From an uncultured delta proteobacterium (GTDB lineage Bacteria > Desulfobacterota > RBG-13-43-22): DNA of 64,000 nt. Made by a program: the position numbers and the translations under genes. The notes below the pieces were generated by a model. The model searched no databases and was not told where the DNA came from. It saw only the letters and a list, made by a program, of their open reading frames with translations. The stretch lies in contig CAWBOS010000010.1 of NCBI GenBank assembly GCA_963790475.1, forward strand, positions 448,001 to 512,000, read 5' to 3'. Positions 1-10,031 of this stretch are shown here, one piece after another. The first letter of the stretch is position 1. Each line of letters opens with the position of its first letter.

Positions 1-608
1 CTTTTCACTTTAAGGGCAGAAACCCCGGTGGCGGAAAGCTGGGGCAGGATAAGTTTTCTGTGTGAAACGATCTTTTCCAGATTGGTCTTTCTTGCCCGGT
101 TGATGACTTCTTCACTGGAAAAATTCTTTTTACCGGCCGCACACCAGACATTGACCCCCCTGGTATCCAGGACCAATAACCAGGCATTTAAACCGGTCAT
201 TTCCTTCCTCAGGGTATCAAAGCTGAGTTTATAGTTGGCCGTGACCAGGACGATCGAATCCGGATCCGGACGGCCCAGGGCGTACAACCCCGGAGCAACC
301 TTGTAGTCGTTCCGTCGGAATCCAACCCTCACCCCAAAGGAGCCCAACAGATCCCGTCTGTCCAAACGAGTTTTGATCCTGGGCACAGGGCCAATAGGCG
401 TAGTAATAAAATCCTCCACATAAGACGAGATTCGGTATCCCGGTTTTTCAAAGAGATTGCTCCCGGGACCTTGTTTGGGTCCACAGCACACCTCGTCAAG
501 TTCTTCGGGAGGGGTAAACATGGGTAGGAGCCGATCTTTTAATTTGAGACCGGTAGGATTCTCCCAGGGAGAACAGAAAGCTGGGTTGGATTGATTTTTT
601 TCGGTCAC
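1..608 (-). CDS. hgcA: Mercury methylation corrinoid protein HgcA (5' part; runs off window edge)
   Basis: Manual translation from GTG at 608 (RBS AAGGAG) is open to the window edge: ...YKVAPGLYALGRPDPDSIVLVTANYKLSFDTLR...LDTRGVNVWCAAGKKNF...LILPQLSATGV. The cap-helix motif NVWCAAGK is at 152-129. Absent from the ORF track because it has no stop in the window. Confidence 0.93.
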   Translation of the reverse strand, partial: MTEKNQSNPAFCSPWENPTGLKLKDRLLPMFTPPEELDEVCCGPKQGPGSNLFEKPGYRISSYVEDFITTPIGPVPRIKTRLDRRDLLGSFGVRVGFRRNDYKVAPGLYALGRPDPDSIVLVTANYKLSFDTLRKEMTGLNAWLLVLDTRGVNVWCAAGKKNFSSEEVINRARKTNLEKIVSHRKLILPQLSATGVSALKVK

Positions 609-651
609 AAGAGTCTCCTTTTTTTTCTTATTGGACCAAGGGAGGAAAGAG

Positions 652-963
652 TCATAACTCGGCCGCCATTTTCTTGAATTGATCGAACATTTCCTGATTC
701 AGGCAATAACAGGTCCTCGGCCCATCGACCTCACCTCGAATCAGATCGGCTTCTTTTAAAACCTTCAGATGTTGGCTAACCGTGGATTGAGATAAGGGCA
801 AGGTGTCCACAATCGTACCGCAAATACATTGATCGACCTTTTTGAGGTATTGGATGATCTTGAGCCGGGCCGGGTGGCACAAAGCCTTACAGAGGCAGGC
901 AAAGGTCTCCCTGTCTCCTCGGATTTTTTTGTTTCTTATAGAGATCATTTTCTTTTTAGCCAT
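652..963 (-). CDS. ArsR/SmtB family transcriptional regulator
   Basis: KALCHPARLKII...CICGTIVDTLPLSQSTVSQHLKVLKEADLIRGEVDGPRTCYC winged HTH. Confidence 0.92.
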   Translation of the reverse strand: MAKKKMISIRNKKIRGDRETFACLCKALCHPARLKIIQYLKKVDQCICGTIVDTLPLSQSTVSQHLKVLKEADLIRGEVDGPRTCYCLNQEMFDQFKKMAAEL

Positions 964-983
964 TGAAATTGTTTCTCCATTTC

Positions 984-1028
984 ATTAATCGTTTATCGTA
1001 GATTAACGATTAATTGGCCTTTTGTCAA
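984..1028 (-). promoter_or_regulatory. Sigma70 promoter of arsR-hgcA with overlapping palindromic operator
   Basis: Minus strand TTGACA (1028-1023), 17 nt, TAATCT (1005-1000); perfect 10-bp inverted repeat ATTAATCGTT (984-993) / AACGATTAAT (1005-1014). Confidence 0.75.
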
Positions 1029-1268
1029 GAGAAGAAATTGTCTGGGACGATTTTAATTGACTCTCAAATATTTAAGACCGGGTTAAAGAGAGGTGGCAGA
1101 ATGTCTAATCAGCAGGTGAAGTGGAATTTCCAGGAAGGCCCATTCCACCGTTATTCTGGAGTTAAATTCGATCACATTGGGAAAAGGTAACTCCGCAATA
1201 GATCAAACAGAAGGCCGAGGCCGGGTATATCCAATCCCGGCCCCGGCGGTTCTTGCCTCCCAGAGGGA

Positions 1269-1964
1269 CTATCTCCTTATCGTGGGCTGGACGGTTCTCT
1301 GCTTTTTCACCGGCTGCTTTTTTCTGCAGTCGGCTTCGGCGGCTTTCAGGCCATTCCTCGCCGGCAGGTAATCGGGGTCCAGGGCCAAGGCCTGTTTATA
1401 GGCAGTGATGGCTGGTTTGCAGAAGTGTTCCCTTTGCTCGATCTCTCCCAGACAGTAATAAATTTCCGGGAGTTTACTTCCGAGCATTCTGGCTAGTTTT
1501 AAATGATTTTCCGACTCGTCAAATTTTTTCTGATGAAACCGATTCAGTCCCAGGGCCTCCCGGGCGGACAGATTATTGGGTTCAAGCTTAACGGCTTCCT
1601 CAAAGGCCGCTTCGGCTTCGCTGGCCTTGTTCAGCTTTTCGTAGGACTGCCCAAGGGCGAAGTAGGCGTTGAAGTATTTGCCGTCCTTTTTCAGGGCTTT
1701 TTTGAATTCAACTATGGCGTCTTCGAAATCCCCTTCCGTAAACTCCTTCATGCCTTTGAAGTAGAAGTCCTCAGCACTCTCCTCCTTGGCCTTTTCCTCC
1801 TTTACTTTTTCTTCTTTTTTTTCCTCCTTTTTTTCTTCTTTGTATTTTTCTTCCTTTTTAGCTTTTTCCTCTTTTTTTTCTTCCTTGGATGTGGTGGCAC
1901 AACTGCAGGCAAACAACATTACAAATAATAAAACAGCGCATTTCATCCACTCTCTCTTCATCAT
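1269..1964 (-). CDS. TPR-repeat lipoprotein
   Basis: Lipobox-like FACSC, K/E-rich linker, TPR motifs (AYFALGQSYEKL, AREALG, IYYCLGEI). Confidence 0.8.
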   Translation of the reverse strand: MMKREWMKCAVLLFVMLFACSCATTSKEEKKEEKAKKEEKYKEEKKEEKKEEKVKEEKAKEESAEDFYFKGMKEFTEGDFEDAIVEFKKALKKDGKYFNAYFALGQSYEKLNKASEAEAAFEEAVKLEPNNLSAREALGLNRFHQKKFDESENHLKLARMLGSKLPEIYYCLGEIEQREHFCKPAITAYKQALALDPDYLPARNGLKAAEADCRKKQPVKKQRTVQPTIRR

Positions 1965-2404
1965 GCCCTCCTCTTGTGAAATTATTATAGGTTTGTACCA
2001 GGATGAACCGAATATTAAATAGACAGGAAATGATAGTCAAGGATAAATTCATGGTAAAATAGCATAGTTGGCCTGCAGGATAAATCCCTTCAATTAAATC
2101 TCATGATCAATAACCGCTGCGGGGCTACGCCTCCCTGATCGCCCGCCGGATCGCCGAGGCATTAACCGCGCCCTCGTAACCAGGTGAACCAAAAGGCGTT
2201 TTGGTTTTAGAACGTAATACCGTCTATCACCTGTTATTGCTTCCTCTTTTCTCCTTGACTACCCCTTCTTTCCTATTTAATATCCGTACTGTTCTAGGCG
2301 GAAAGTTTTCAAACAGGTTGGTAGGATCAAGAATTTTAGGAATGGCAGGAGCCGGGAGGTCGGGTGGCTGGAGACCTAAGAAAGAGTCAGGGAAGGGGGA
2401 CATT

Positions 2405-3121
2405 ATGAAAAGAAGAGGGACCAAGACGGCCTTTTTATCAATCCTGATGCTAATGGTTTGCAGTTGCGCCACTGCGCCCAAGGCGGAAAAATCAGACAAA
2501 GCTATTCTTGAGAAGAGTGATGAAAAAAAAATAGAGAAAAGTGAGGAGAAAGGTCTCGAAAAAAATGATGAGAAGGCTATCAGAAAATTAGCTAGGGAAA
2601 TCGCTAAGGATAGATCCACGGACTTCTACCTGAAAGGGATGACGGAGTTTAACGAAGGGGACTTTAAGGATGCTATTATAGCCTTTAATAAAGCCGTGGG
2701 TGAGAATCCTAAAGACTACCAGGCCTATTATGCCCTGGGCCAGTCCTACGAGAAGCTGAACAAGGCCCAAGAAGCGGAAGCGGCCGGCGAAAGGGCCGTC
2801 AATATCAAATCCGATTACCTGCCCGCCAGAGAAGCCTTGGGACTGCTTTATTTTCACCAGATGAAATTTAAGGAAGCGGAACCGCATTTGAAGGAAGCCG
2901 GAACGTTAGGAAGCGAGGTGGTGGAAGTCTACTACGGTTTAGGAGAGATCGAGCAAAGGAAGAACGCCTGCGCAACAGCTATAATCGCCTATACTCAGGC
3001 GCTAAAACTGAATCCGGATTATCTGGCAGCCCGCAATGGTTTGAAAGTCGCAGAAGATAACTGCAGACAAAAGGAGTTGCCGAAGCAAAAGCCTACCCAA
3101 AAGCCGCAGCAACGGCAATAA
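2405..3121 (+). CDS. TPR-repeat lipoprotein, paralog of 1269-1964
   Basis: ATG 2405 after GGAAGGGGGA; VCSC lipobox; TPR motifs closely similar to the divergent paralog. Confidence 0.8.
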   Translation: MKRRGTKTAFLSILMLMVCSCATAPKAEKSDKAILEKSDEKKIEKSEEKGLEKNDEKAIRKLAREIAKDRSTDFYLKGMTEFNEGDFKDAIIAFNKAVGENPKDYQAYYALGQSYEKLNKAQEAEAAGERAVNIKSDYLPAREALGLLYFHQMKFKEAEPHLKEAGTLGSEVVEVYYGLGEIEQRKNACATAIIAYTQALKLNPDYLAARNGLKVAEDNCRQKELPKQKPTQKPQQRQ

Positions 3122-3234
3122 CTAAAGAAGCCCCCCAAGGCTACCCAACCGCGATAAGAGGGGGCTTTAGAAGGTTTAACTCACCGATCCGTCCGGGTTT
3201 CCCATAAGAGTGCAGAACAGCCCCTTGCCGGCTT

Positions 3235-4746
3235 TCAGTCGTTCATTTGGTATTCGCCGTTAAGGGCGAGAACATATTTTTCCCAGACACGCCGGTATTG
3301 AGCCTCGTCTCCCACGGCCCTGATCAACAGGATTTCTTTACAAAAGGCCCTTTGTTCGTCTTTGGTATTGTTCATACCGTAAATCTGCAGGGCGAATGAA
3401 GCGAAATCCCGCACCATGAAATCGAAGATCTGGTTGAGGATATCCTTATCCAGGTTGTCGAACCCGGCCTGTTCGAGGATGAGCTGGCCATAGACTACGA
3501 TAGAAAACATCTCGCCCAAGGGCAAAGAGAATGTGGGATCCATATCCTGGGCCTGGTCCGGATAGGCCCTGACCAGCAACTCCCGGAAGAGTTCGATCTG
3601 GGTGATGAAAGCAGCCACATTGGGCAGACCCTTGAAGGACTCGAAAACAGGTTTATAATCGTGGAACCGGACTTTGCCCAGTCCCTGGCCGGTCCCTGGT
3701 TAAAGAGGAACAGGTCATCCCGGGTTGAAAAATCCGGCATTACCGGGGGATAATTCAGCGGGTCGAAGAAGTAGTTCTTCATAAACTTCCGAATGAGCTG
3801 GATGTTGACATGAACGGTGCCTTCCAGCTTGGACGGACCCCTGATGTCGCTGGCGCCCATGGAGAAATAGGTGTCCTTCTCAAAGCCCTTGGCGGCGATA
3901 ACATCCCAGAGCAGATTGATCACCTCTTCGGCCTGCAGGGTGACCTTCATTTTGCTGGTGGGGTTGTAAAGGAGATATCGCCGGTCCGATGTTGAATTTG
4001 CCGATGTTGACCGTATTGAGTGCCGAATTCCAGGCTTCCGGGCCACGGGAAAGGAGATCGTCCGCGGTGATAGGGTAATCATGGAGGGCGAAGTTGGATA
4101 CATACTCCTGGTGGGAGATGAGGTTCTTCTTCAGCTCATAGGCCTTGTGTCGATAGTTGGTGACGAAAAAGGCGTAGTCATCCGTACCATCCTTGATCTT
4201 CCCCAGAGTGGAGACCATTTCGGCTTCATTGCCGTTGCCGATGTAATACTTTTCTCCGTTGGCCACCCAGGTCCCGTCGCCTTTCGGGGTGAGGGTCGTC
4301 TCTGTCGAATAGAGGTCCGCACCATGGGCTCGTTCGGAGAGCCCAAAAGCAAAAATTGCTCCTTGCTCGAGCAGCATCGCCGCCTTCTGTCCAATCTGTT
4401 CATTTGTACTCATCCAGATAGGGCCCAGGCCAAGGATAGAGACCTGGAAGCAATACCAGTAACCGAGCCCATAAAAGGCCAGGATCTCGCTGAGTTCATT
4501 GTTGCGGGCCGTATCCCAGCGGCAGTCCGGATCCGATCCGCCGTAAGCCCAGGGGGTAAGCATTTTGGCGAAAATCTGTTCCTTTACGATAAAATCGATA
4601 AACTCCTTATACCAGACCTTTTTATTGAAATCCTCAAGGAGCCGCGTCTTCCCCATGGTTTCAAAGAACTGGATGGTCTTGTTCATAATGGCTCTCGAGC
4701 CTTCATCGGTCATGAGGCTGGTGAATTTTTAGGATTGGGGGGGCAT
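3235..4746 (-). pseudogene. Acyl-CoA dehydrogenase, fragmented
   Basis: AFGLSERAHGADLY, NGEKYYIGN and KLEGTVHVN motifs spread over three frames (3880-4713, 3495-4103, 3235-3618), with an apparent internal deletion near 3985. Confidence 0.8.
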
Positions 4747-4781
4747 TGCTGAAGCCCCATTTTCTTAGGGAGGGGGTACCC

Positions 4782-5624
4782 ATGTCTTACTTCCGGTTCC
4801 TTTGTGCGATAATAGGTTCTGTCTTCTTATTCGGATGCTTCCAAACGGATACGGTTATACGCCTCAAACCGGATGGTAGCGGGATTATCGAGGAAACCTT
4901 TATGTTGTCCAATGATTTATTGGAATCCTTCCAGGACCTTTCCAAAGTATTTGCCGAAGAGGACAAAAATATCAAAAACGGAGCCGCGAAAGAAAAGCAG
5001 GACCCCATTCAGGGGATGATTAAAGAAGCCCGGGCGCGGGAAAATCAATATGGCCCTGACGTGAAATTCGTTTCGGCCGTTCCGCTGAAAACTAACACCA
5101 TGGGGGGGTACAAAGCGATCTATGCCTTCAGGGACATTAATACGCTCAAAGTGAATCAGAATCCCGGAAAGAAGGCTGAAAAATCGAGAGTGGGGGAAGA
5201 ACTCCCCGCCAAAGAAGAGAATATCTTATTCAAATTTACAAAAAGGCCGGTATCAACCCTGATCTTGACCATGCCCGAGGATAATGAAAAAAAGAAAACG
5301 CCGGTTGAAAAGAAAGAAGCCCAAGAGAAAAGCCAAAACGACCCCAAGGCCGCGGAACAGATGAAATTATTTTCCAAAGACATGGGAATCAGGATCACTC
5401 TGGAAATAGAAGGCACCATTATCAGAACCAATGCCACCTATCAAAAAAAGTTCGAAATTACTATCGTCGATCTGCAATTCGGCAAGCTGATCGAAACTCG
5501 GGAAAATTTCGAAAAGATAATAGCAGCCCAACCTAAGACTGTCGAAGAAGCGAAGGAACTGGCTAAAGGAATCGAAGGACTGAAAATCGAGTTGGCCAAT
5601 CCCCTGGTCGTTGAATTCAAATAA
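4782..5624 (+). CDS. Hypothetical lipoprotein
   Basis: ATG 4782 after GGGAGGGGG; LFGC lipobox. Confidence 0.7.
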   Translation: MSYFRFLCAIIGSVFLFGCFQTDTVIRLKPDGSGIIEETFMLSNDLLESFQDLSKVFAEEDKNIKNGAAKEKQDPIQGMIKEARARENQYGPDVKFVSAVPLKTNTMGGYKAIYAFRDINTLKVNQNPGKKAEKSRVGEELPAKEENILFKFTKRPVSTLILTMPEDNEKKKTPVEKKEAQEKSQNDPKAAEQMKLFSKDMGIRITLEIEGTIIRTNATYQKKFEITIVDLQFGKLIETRENFEKIIAAQPKTVEEAKELAKGIEGLKIELANPLVVEFK

Positions 5625-5625
5625 A

Positions 5626-6168
5626 TTATTCTGCCGGCTGCAACTCCTTCACCGCTGCCTGAACATAGGCCTGATAGGCCTGGTTTCCGAAAAGGACAAA
5701 TCCCACCCGGTCAAAAACCGGATTTCCCCTGATATAGTCAGTTACGGTTTTTACGGCGATCCGGGCGGCTTCATCCAAAGGATAGCCGTAAGCGCCGGTG
5801 CTGAGAGAAGGAAAGGCCACGGTGCGAATTCTTTTTTTTTGGGCCAGCTTCAGACTTTCCCGATAAGCGGAGGCTAACAGTCGGACTTCTTCGTGGTTTC
5901 CACCCTGATAAATGGGTCCGACGGTGTGAATGACATATTTGGCTTTGAGGTTGCCCCCGGTGGTGATCACCGCCTCTCCGGTGGGGCAGCCGCCGATCTT
6001 ACGGGATTCCTCCATAATAGCCGGTCCTCCGGCCCGATGGATCGCCCCGTCCACTCCGCCCCCTCCGGCCAAACGGGTATTAGCGGCATTGACAATGGCC
6101 TCGGTTTCCTGATGGGTGAGGTCTCCTTCTTCCAAGAAGAAAATGGTTTTACCTAATTTAAATTTCAT
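5626..6168 (-). CDS. Macro-domain protein (O-acetyl-ADP-ribose deacetylase, YmdB-like)
   Basis: GDLT...AIVNAAN..L.GGGGVDGAIHRAGG...VIHTVGP...FPSLSTGAYGYP. Confidence 0.9.
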   Translation of the reverse strand: MKFKLGKTIFFLEEGDLTHQETEAIVNAANTRLAGGGGVDGAIHRAGGPAIMEESRKIGGCPTGEAVITTGGNLKAKYVIHTVGPIYQGGNHEEVRLLASAYRESLKLAQKKRIRTVAFPSLSTGAYGYPLDEAARIAVKTVTDYIRGNPVFDRVGFVLFGNQAYQAYVQAAVKELQPAE

Positions 6169-6241
6169 AAAGTATCCTCCTTTCAATGGCTGTAAACCTT
6201 AAGAATAAGTTATTGTCTGATGGGAAAAATTATTCCTCCGT

Positions 6242-7231
6242 TTAAAAAGTCCGTTTAAAAGAAAAATTGAGGATAAAATCCGGAGCCCCTGTCGTATTCA
6301 GATCTTCGGTCAAAGACAGCTCAAAATAACTCCGATCCCGATAATATCTCCCGCCGATGGATAATAACAGGGCCGGATTATCCAGCGAATCGATTCCGGT
6401 TTCGGGGAAGGGAGAGGTTTGGGCCGAGATTTGACCCAAGACTGAAAGCCTTTTCCACGGTTTTGCTTCCACCCCGATCCCTCCATACCAATAGTTTTTA
6501 AGTTCAATCGTCTTTTGAGCCTTTAAATTGCCGGGAATGATATAGCCCAAGTTCCCAGTGGCTTGAAGATACTCGGTTATTTTTTTCTCCACCTGGACCA
6601 GTAAACCCAGGTCAAGGCTGCCGTTCCCATAGCCGGTATCCGGATTGCCGGTAGGCAGTTCGACAGCTCCCTTCAAACTTATCAAAGGTTGGTTGTCCAT
6701 ATTCATTAAAACCTGTTTGGCGGATATTCTCAGGTCTCCGAGCCCGAATTTGCCGCTTTCCCCTTCAACGACTAAGGTGTTGTCCTTTTTGACCTGGTAT
6801 AAAAATTGATTGGCCGGCCGGGAGCTGCGGCCATAATCAGGGAAACCGAAGGTTCTATGATACCATTCTAACCCATTATCCATAAAACCGCTATTGAAAG
6901 AGAGGATAGGCAGTTCCAGGCTTAATTCCAGGGAGTTGGAGATGGTTTTTCTGTATTTAAAGTTGAGCTCGGCCCATTCCATATCCAGGTGAACAGACCA
7001 TTGAGGGCTGTCTCTGAGAAAGAAGATGCTGGAATAGGAAAATTGAATCGAGAAGGAATCCTGGATAGCGGCTGATTCCAATACCGGGGCATTAAGATGA
7101 AGAAATAGAGGGAATTGATTTTTAATTTCCATAGGGCCGGCCAACGGGCCGGCCAAGGGATCAGTAAGCCCGGGGAAAGGATGGATTAATACAAAAAAAA
7201 GGAGGATAATTATACCCAAGGCCGGCTTCAT
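6242..7231 (-). CDS. Putative outer-membrane beta-barrel protein (DUF3187-like)
   Basis: Signal peptide, GLGDLRISAK / LPTG motifs, C-terminal F. Confidence 0.65.
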   Translation of the reverse strand: MKPALGIIILLFFVLIHPFPGLTDPLAGPLAGPMEIKNQFPLFLHLNAPVLESAAIQDSFSIQFSYSSIFFLRDSPQWSVHLDMEWAELNFKYRKTISNSLELSLELPILSFNSGFMDNGLEWYHRTFGFPDYGRSSRPANQFLYQVKKDNTLVVEGESGKFGLGDLRISAKQVLMNMDNQPLISLKGAVELPTGNPDTGYGNGSLDLGLLVQVEKKITEYLQATGNLGYIIPGNLKAQKTIELKNYWYGGIGVEAKPWKRLSVLGQISAQTSPFPETGIDSLDNPALLLSIGGRYYRDRSYFELSLTEDLNTTGAPDFILNFSFKRTF

Positions 7232-7366
7232 ACCTTGAAGATAGCGGATTTAAGAGGAATTTTCAAACTATTTTGGAAATTAATTAACCAGTTACAGTTA
7301 TGTTTGTGTTTGACAAAGAGCTGAAAATATTTTAAGATCAGTTCATTCTTTTTTACGGAGTTGACT

Positions 7367-7594
7367 ATGGAAAAGAGAGACGAGGAATTAATTGACCGAC
7401 TTATTCCTGAAAACGAAGAACTTGGAAAGTTGGTTAAGGAGCACAAGGAATTTGAATCTCAGTTGGAAGAATTGAACAAAAGGCTTTATCTTTCCGATGA
7501 GGAAAATCGGGAGAAGAGACGACTTCAAAAAGTAAAACTGGCCGGCCGGGATCGAATTGAGCAGATATTAAGAGACTACCGGGCGAAGAGGTAA
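7367..7594 (+). CDS. DUF465/YdcH-like small coiled-coil protein
   Basis: L..EH..FE.QL...[11 protein letters not shown] pattern. Confidence 0.7.
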   Translation: MEKRDEELIDRLIPENEELGKLVKEHKEFESQLEELNKRLYLSDEENREKRRLQKVKLAGRDRIEQILRDYRAKR

Positions 7595-7599
7595 AAACC

Positions 7600-9288
7600 T
7601 TGCGATTAAGTGGAGCCGGAATTGTCATTGAAAGCCTGATCCAGGAAGGGGTTACCACTATTTTTGGGTACCCCGGAGGGGTGATTACCGACATTTATGA
7701 CTACCTGGAAAAAAGCCCGATCCGTCACTATCTGGTGCGTCATGAACAGGGGGCCGTCCACATGGCCGACGGATATGCCCGCAGTTCGGGAAAGGTAGGG
7801 GTCTGTCTGGTTACCTCCGGTCCCGGGGCCACCAATACGGTAACCGGAATCGCTTCAGCCTTCATGGATTCCATCCCCTTGGTGGTGTTTACCGGTCAGG
7901 TTCCGACCCCCTTAATAGGCAACGACGCCTTTCAGGAGGTGGACATTGTCGGCATAACCCGGCCTTGTACCAAACATAATTATCTGGTCAAGAAAGTCGA
8001 AGACCTGGCCGGGATCATTCGGGAGTCTTTTTATCTGGCCCGGTCCGGTCGACCGGGACCGATCCTGGTGGATTTGCCCAAAGACGTGCTTCAAAATAAA
8101 ACGGAATTCAAGTATCCTAAAAAAGTGGAGATGCGCAGTTACCGGCCGACGTACAGTGCCCATAGCGGACAGATCGAAAAAGCGGTTGCCCAGATAATGA
8201 AGGCCAGACGACCGGTTATTTATGCCGGAGGGGGTGTGGTTTCCTCCCGTTCCTCCCGGGAGCTCAAGGCCCTGGCCGAGAGTATGACCATCCCGGTGAC
8301 CACTACTCTGATGGGACTAGGCGGTTTTCCCGGCCGGCATCCTTTATCGTTGGGAATGCTGGGTATGCACGGGACCTATTGGGCCAACATGGCCGTGGCC
8401 CAATGCGACCTGTTGATTGCCGTAGGGGCCCGGTTTGATGATCGGGTGACCGGGAAGGTGGATCTCTTTGCGCCGGAGGCCCGGATCATTCATATCGACA
8501 TCGATCCCACTTCGATCCGCAAGAATGTTTCGGTGGATATCCCGATTGTGGGTGATTGCAAAGATGCCCTGGACAAGTTGAATCAAACGCTCCACAAACA
8601 AGGGAAATCCGATTGGCTTAAGATGCGTCAGCCCTGGATAGAACAGATCAAAGAATGGAAAGAGACCCATCCTTTAACCTACGAACAGGGCCCAGATGTG
8701 ATCAAACCCCAATTTGTAGTGGAGAAGATTTATGAGGTGACTCAAGGTCGGGCCATCATTGCCACCGAGGTAGGCCAGAACCAGATGTGGGCCGCCCAAT
8801 TTTATCATTTTGACCAACCCAACTCCTTTATCACTTCCGGCGGTTTAGGGGTCATGGGTTATGGATTTCCGGCCGCCATCGGGGCACAGGTGGCTTGTCC
8901 GGACCGTATCGTCATCGATATTGCCGGGGACGGAAGTATCCAGATGAACATCCAGGAGATGGCCACGGCTGTAGCCAATCAGGTGCCGGTGAAGATAGCC
9001 ATTTTAAACAACGGCTATCTGGGCATGGTCCGTCAATTTCAGGAGCTCTTTTATGAAAAACGGTATTCCCAGACCTTCCTTAAAGGAAACCCTGATTTTG
9101 TTAAATTAGCCGAAGCCTATGGGGCCGCGGGCCTCCGGGCCTCCCGGCCTGAAGAGGTCGTTCCGGTCATTAAAAAAGCCTTGACCATTAAAGGCCCGGT
9201 GATTATGGATTTTGTCGTCTGCCCGGAAGAATGTGTCGCGCCCATGGTTCCGGCCGGCAGGGGCATGACCGAGATGCTGCTGGTGTAA
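7600..9288 (+). CDS. ilvB: Acetolactate synthase large subunit
   Basis: [28 protein letters not shown] ThDP motif. Confidence 0.96.
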   Translation: MRLSGAGIVIESLIQEGVTTIFGYPGGVITDIYDYLEKSPIRHYLVRHEQGAVHMADGYARSSGKVGVCLVTSGPGATNTVTGIASAFMDSIPLVVFTGQVPTPLIGNDAFQEVDIVGITRPCTKHNYLVKKVEDLAGIIRESFYLARSGRPGPILVDLPKDVLQNKTEFKYPKKVEMRSYRPTYSAHSGQIEKAVAQIMKARRPVIYAGGGVVSSRSSRELKALAESMTIPVTTTLMGLGGFPGRHPLSLGMLGMHGTYWANMAVAQCDLLIAVGARFDDRVTGKVDLFAPEARIIHIDIDPTSIRKNVSVDIPIVGDCKDALDKLNQTLHKQGKSDWLKMRQPWIEQIKEWKETHPLTYEQGPDVIKPQFVVEKIYEVTQGRAIIATEVGQNQMWAAQFYHFDQPNSFITSGGLGVMGYGFPAAIGAQVACPDRIVIDIAGDGSIQMNIQEMATAVANQVPVKIAILNNGYLGMVRQFQELFYEKRYSQTFLKGNPDFVKLAEAYGAAGLRASRPEEVVPVIKKALTIKGPVIMDFVVCPEECVAPMVPAGRGMTEMLLV

Positions 9289-9298
9289 AACCAGGGGA

Positions 9299-9373
9299 CA
9301 GCATTCAGCGTTCAGCAGTCAGCCGGAACAGAATGAATTCTAAAGACTGACCGCTGTCTGCTGATAGCTGATA
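9299..9373. repeat. Inverted pair of 7-nt tandem repeats (family C, TCAGCNN/GCTGANN)
   Basis: cagcatt cagcgtt cagcagt cagc ... gctgtct gctgata gctgata. Confidence 0.7.
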
Positions 9374-9382
9374 GGCTAATTT

Positions 9383-9937
9383 ATGGAAAATCAGGAACAG
9401 AAACACACTATTTCCGCATTGGTGGATAACGAACCTGGAGTCCTGTCCCGGGTTACGGGTTTATTCAGCGGCCGGGGGTTTAATATTGAAAGCCTCTGTG
9501 TGGCCGAAACCATGGAGCCTTTTGTTTCCCGAATTACTTTGGTGACTCATGGAAATGATCAAATCATCGAACAGATTACCAAACAGCTTAACAAGCTGGT
9601 CAATGTAATCAAGGTCATGGATTTCACCGATACCGAGTTCGTAGAAAGGGAAATGGCCTTGATCAAGGTCCGGGCTGAGGCCCAGACCCGGGCAGAAATA
9701 CTGCGGATCGTCGATATTTTCCGCTGCAAAGTGGTGGATGTCAGCCCCCAGTTCTATACTATTGAGGTCACCGGGAATGACAGTAAGATCAAGGCTATTC
9801 TTGATTTGCTCAATCACCTCGGTATTAAAGAGATCGCCAGAACCGGGGCTATTGCCATGGCCAGAAGCAAAAAGGAGATTTCTTCCAAAAAGGGAAAAAT
9901 GGCATCGGGTGAGATACCCCCCGGCGGAAGAAAATGA
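9383..9937 (+). CDS. ilvN: Acetolactate synthase small subunit
   Basis: LVDNEPGVLSRVTGLFSGRGFNIESL ACT domain. Confidence 0.95.
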   Translation: MENQEQKHTISALVDNEPGVLSRVTGLFSGRGFNIESLCVAETMEPFVSRITLVTHGNDQIIEQITKQLNKLVNVIKVMDFTDTEFVEREMALIKVRAEAQTRAEILRIVDIFRCKVVDVSPQFYTIEVTGNDSKIKAILDLLNHLGIKEIARTGAIAMARSKKEISSKKGKMASGEIPPGGRK

Positions 9938-10031
9938 AAATTTACAGGGAATAAACTCAGGGACCCGATAGTGGTGGGAGCCAAGAGTTCGACCAACGAC
10001 GAACACTCTACACCGAACGGTGTTTTTGCAT

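Noticed and set aside
483-488. Selenocysteine in HgcA
   Set aside because: The codons are TGC TGT, with no in-frame TGA.
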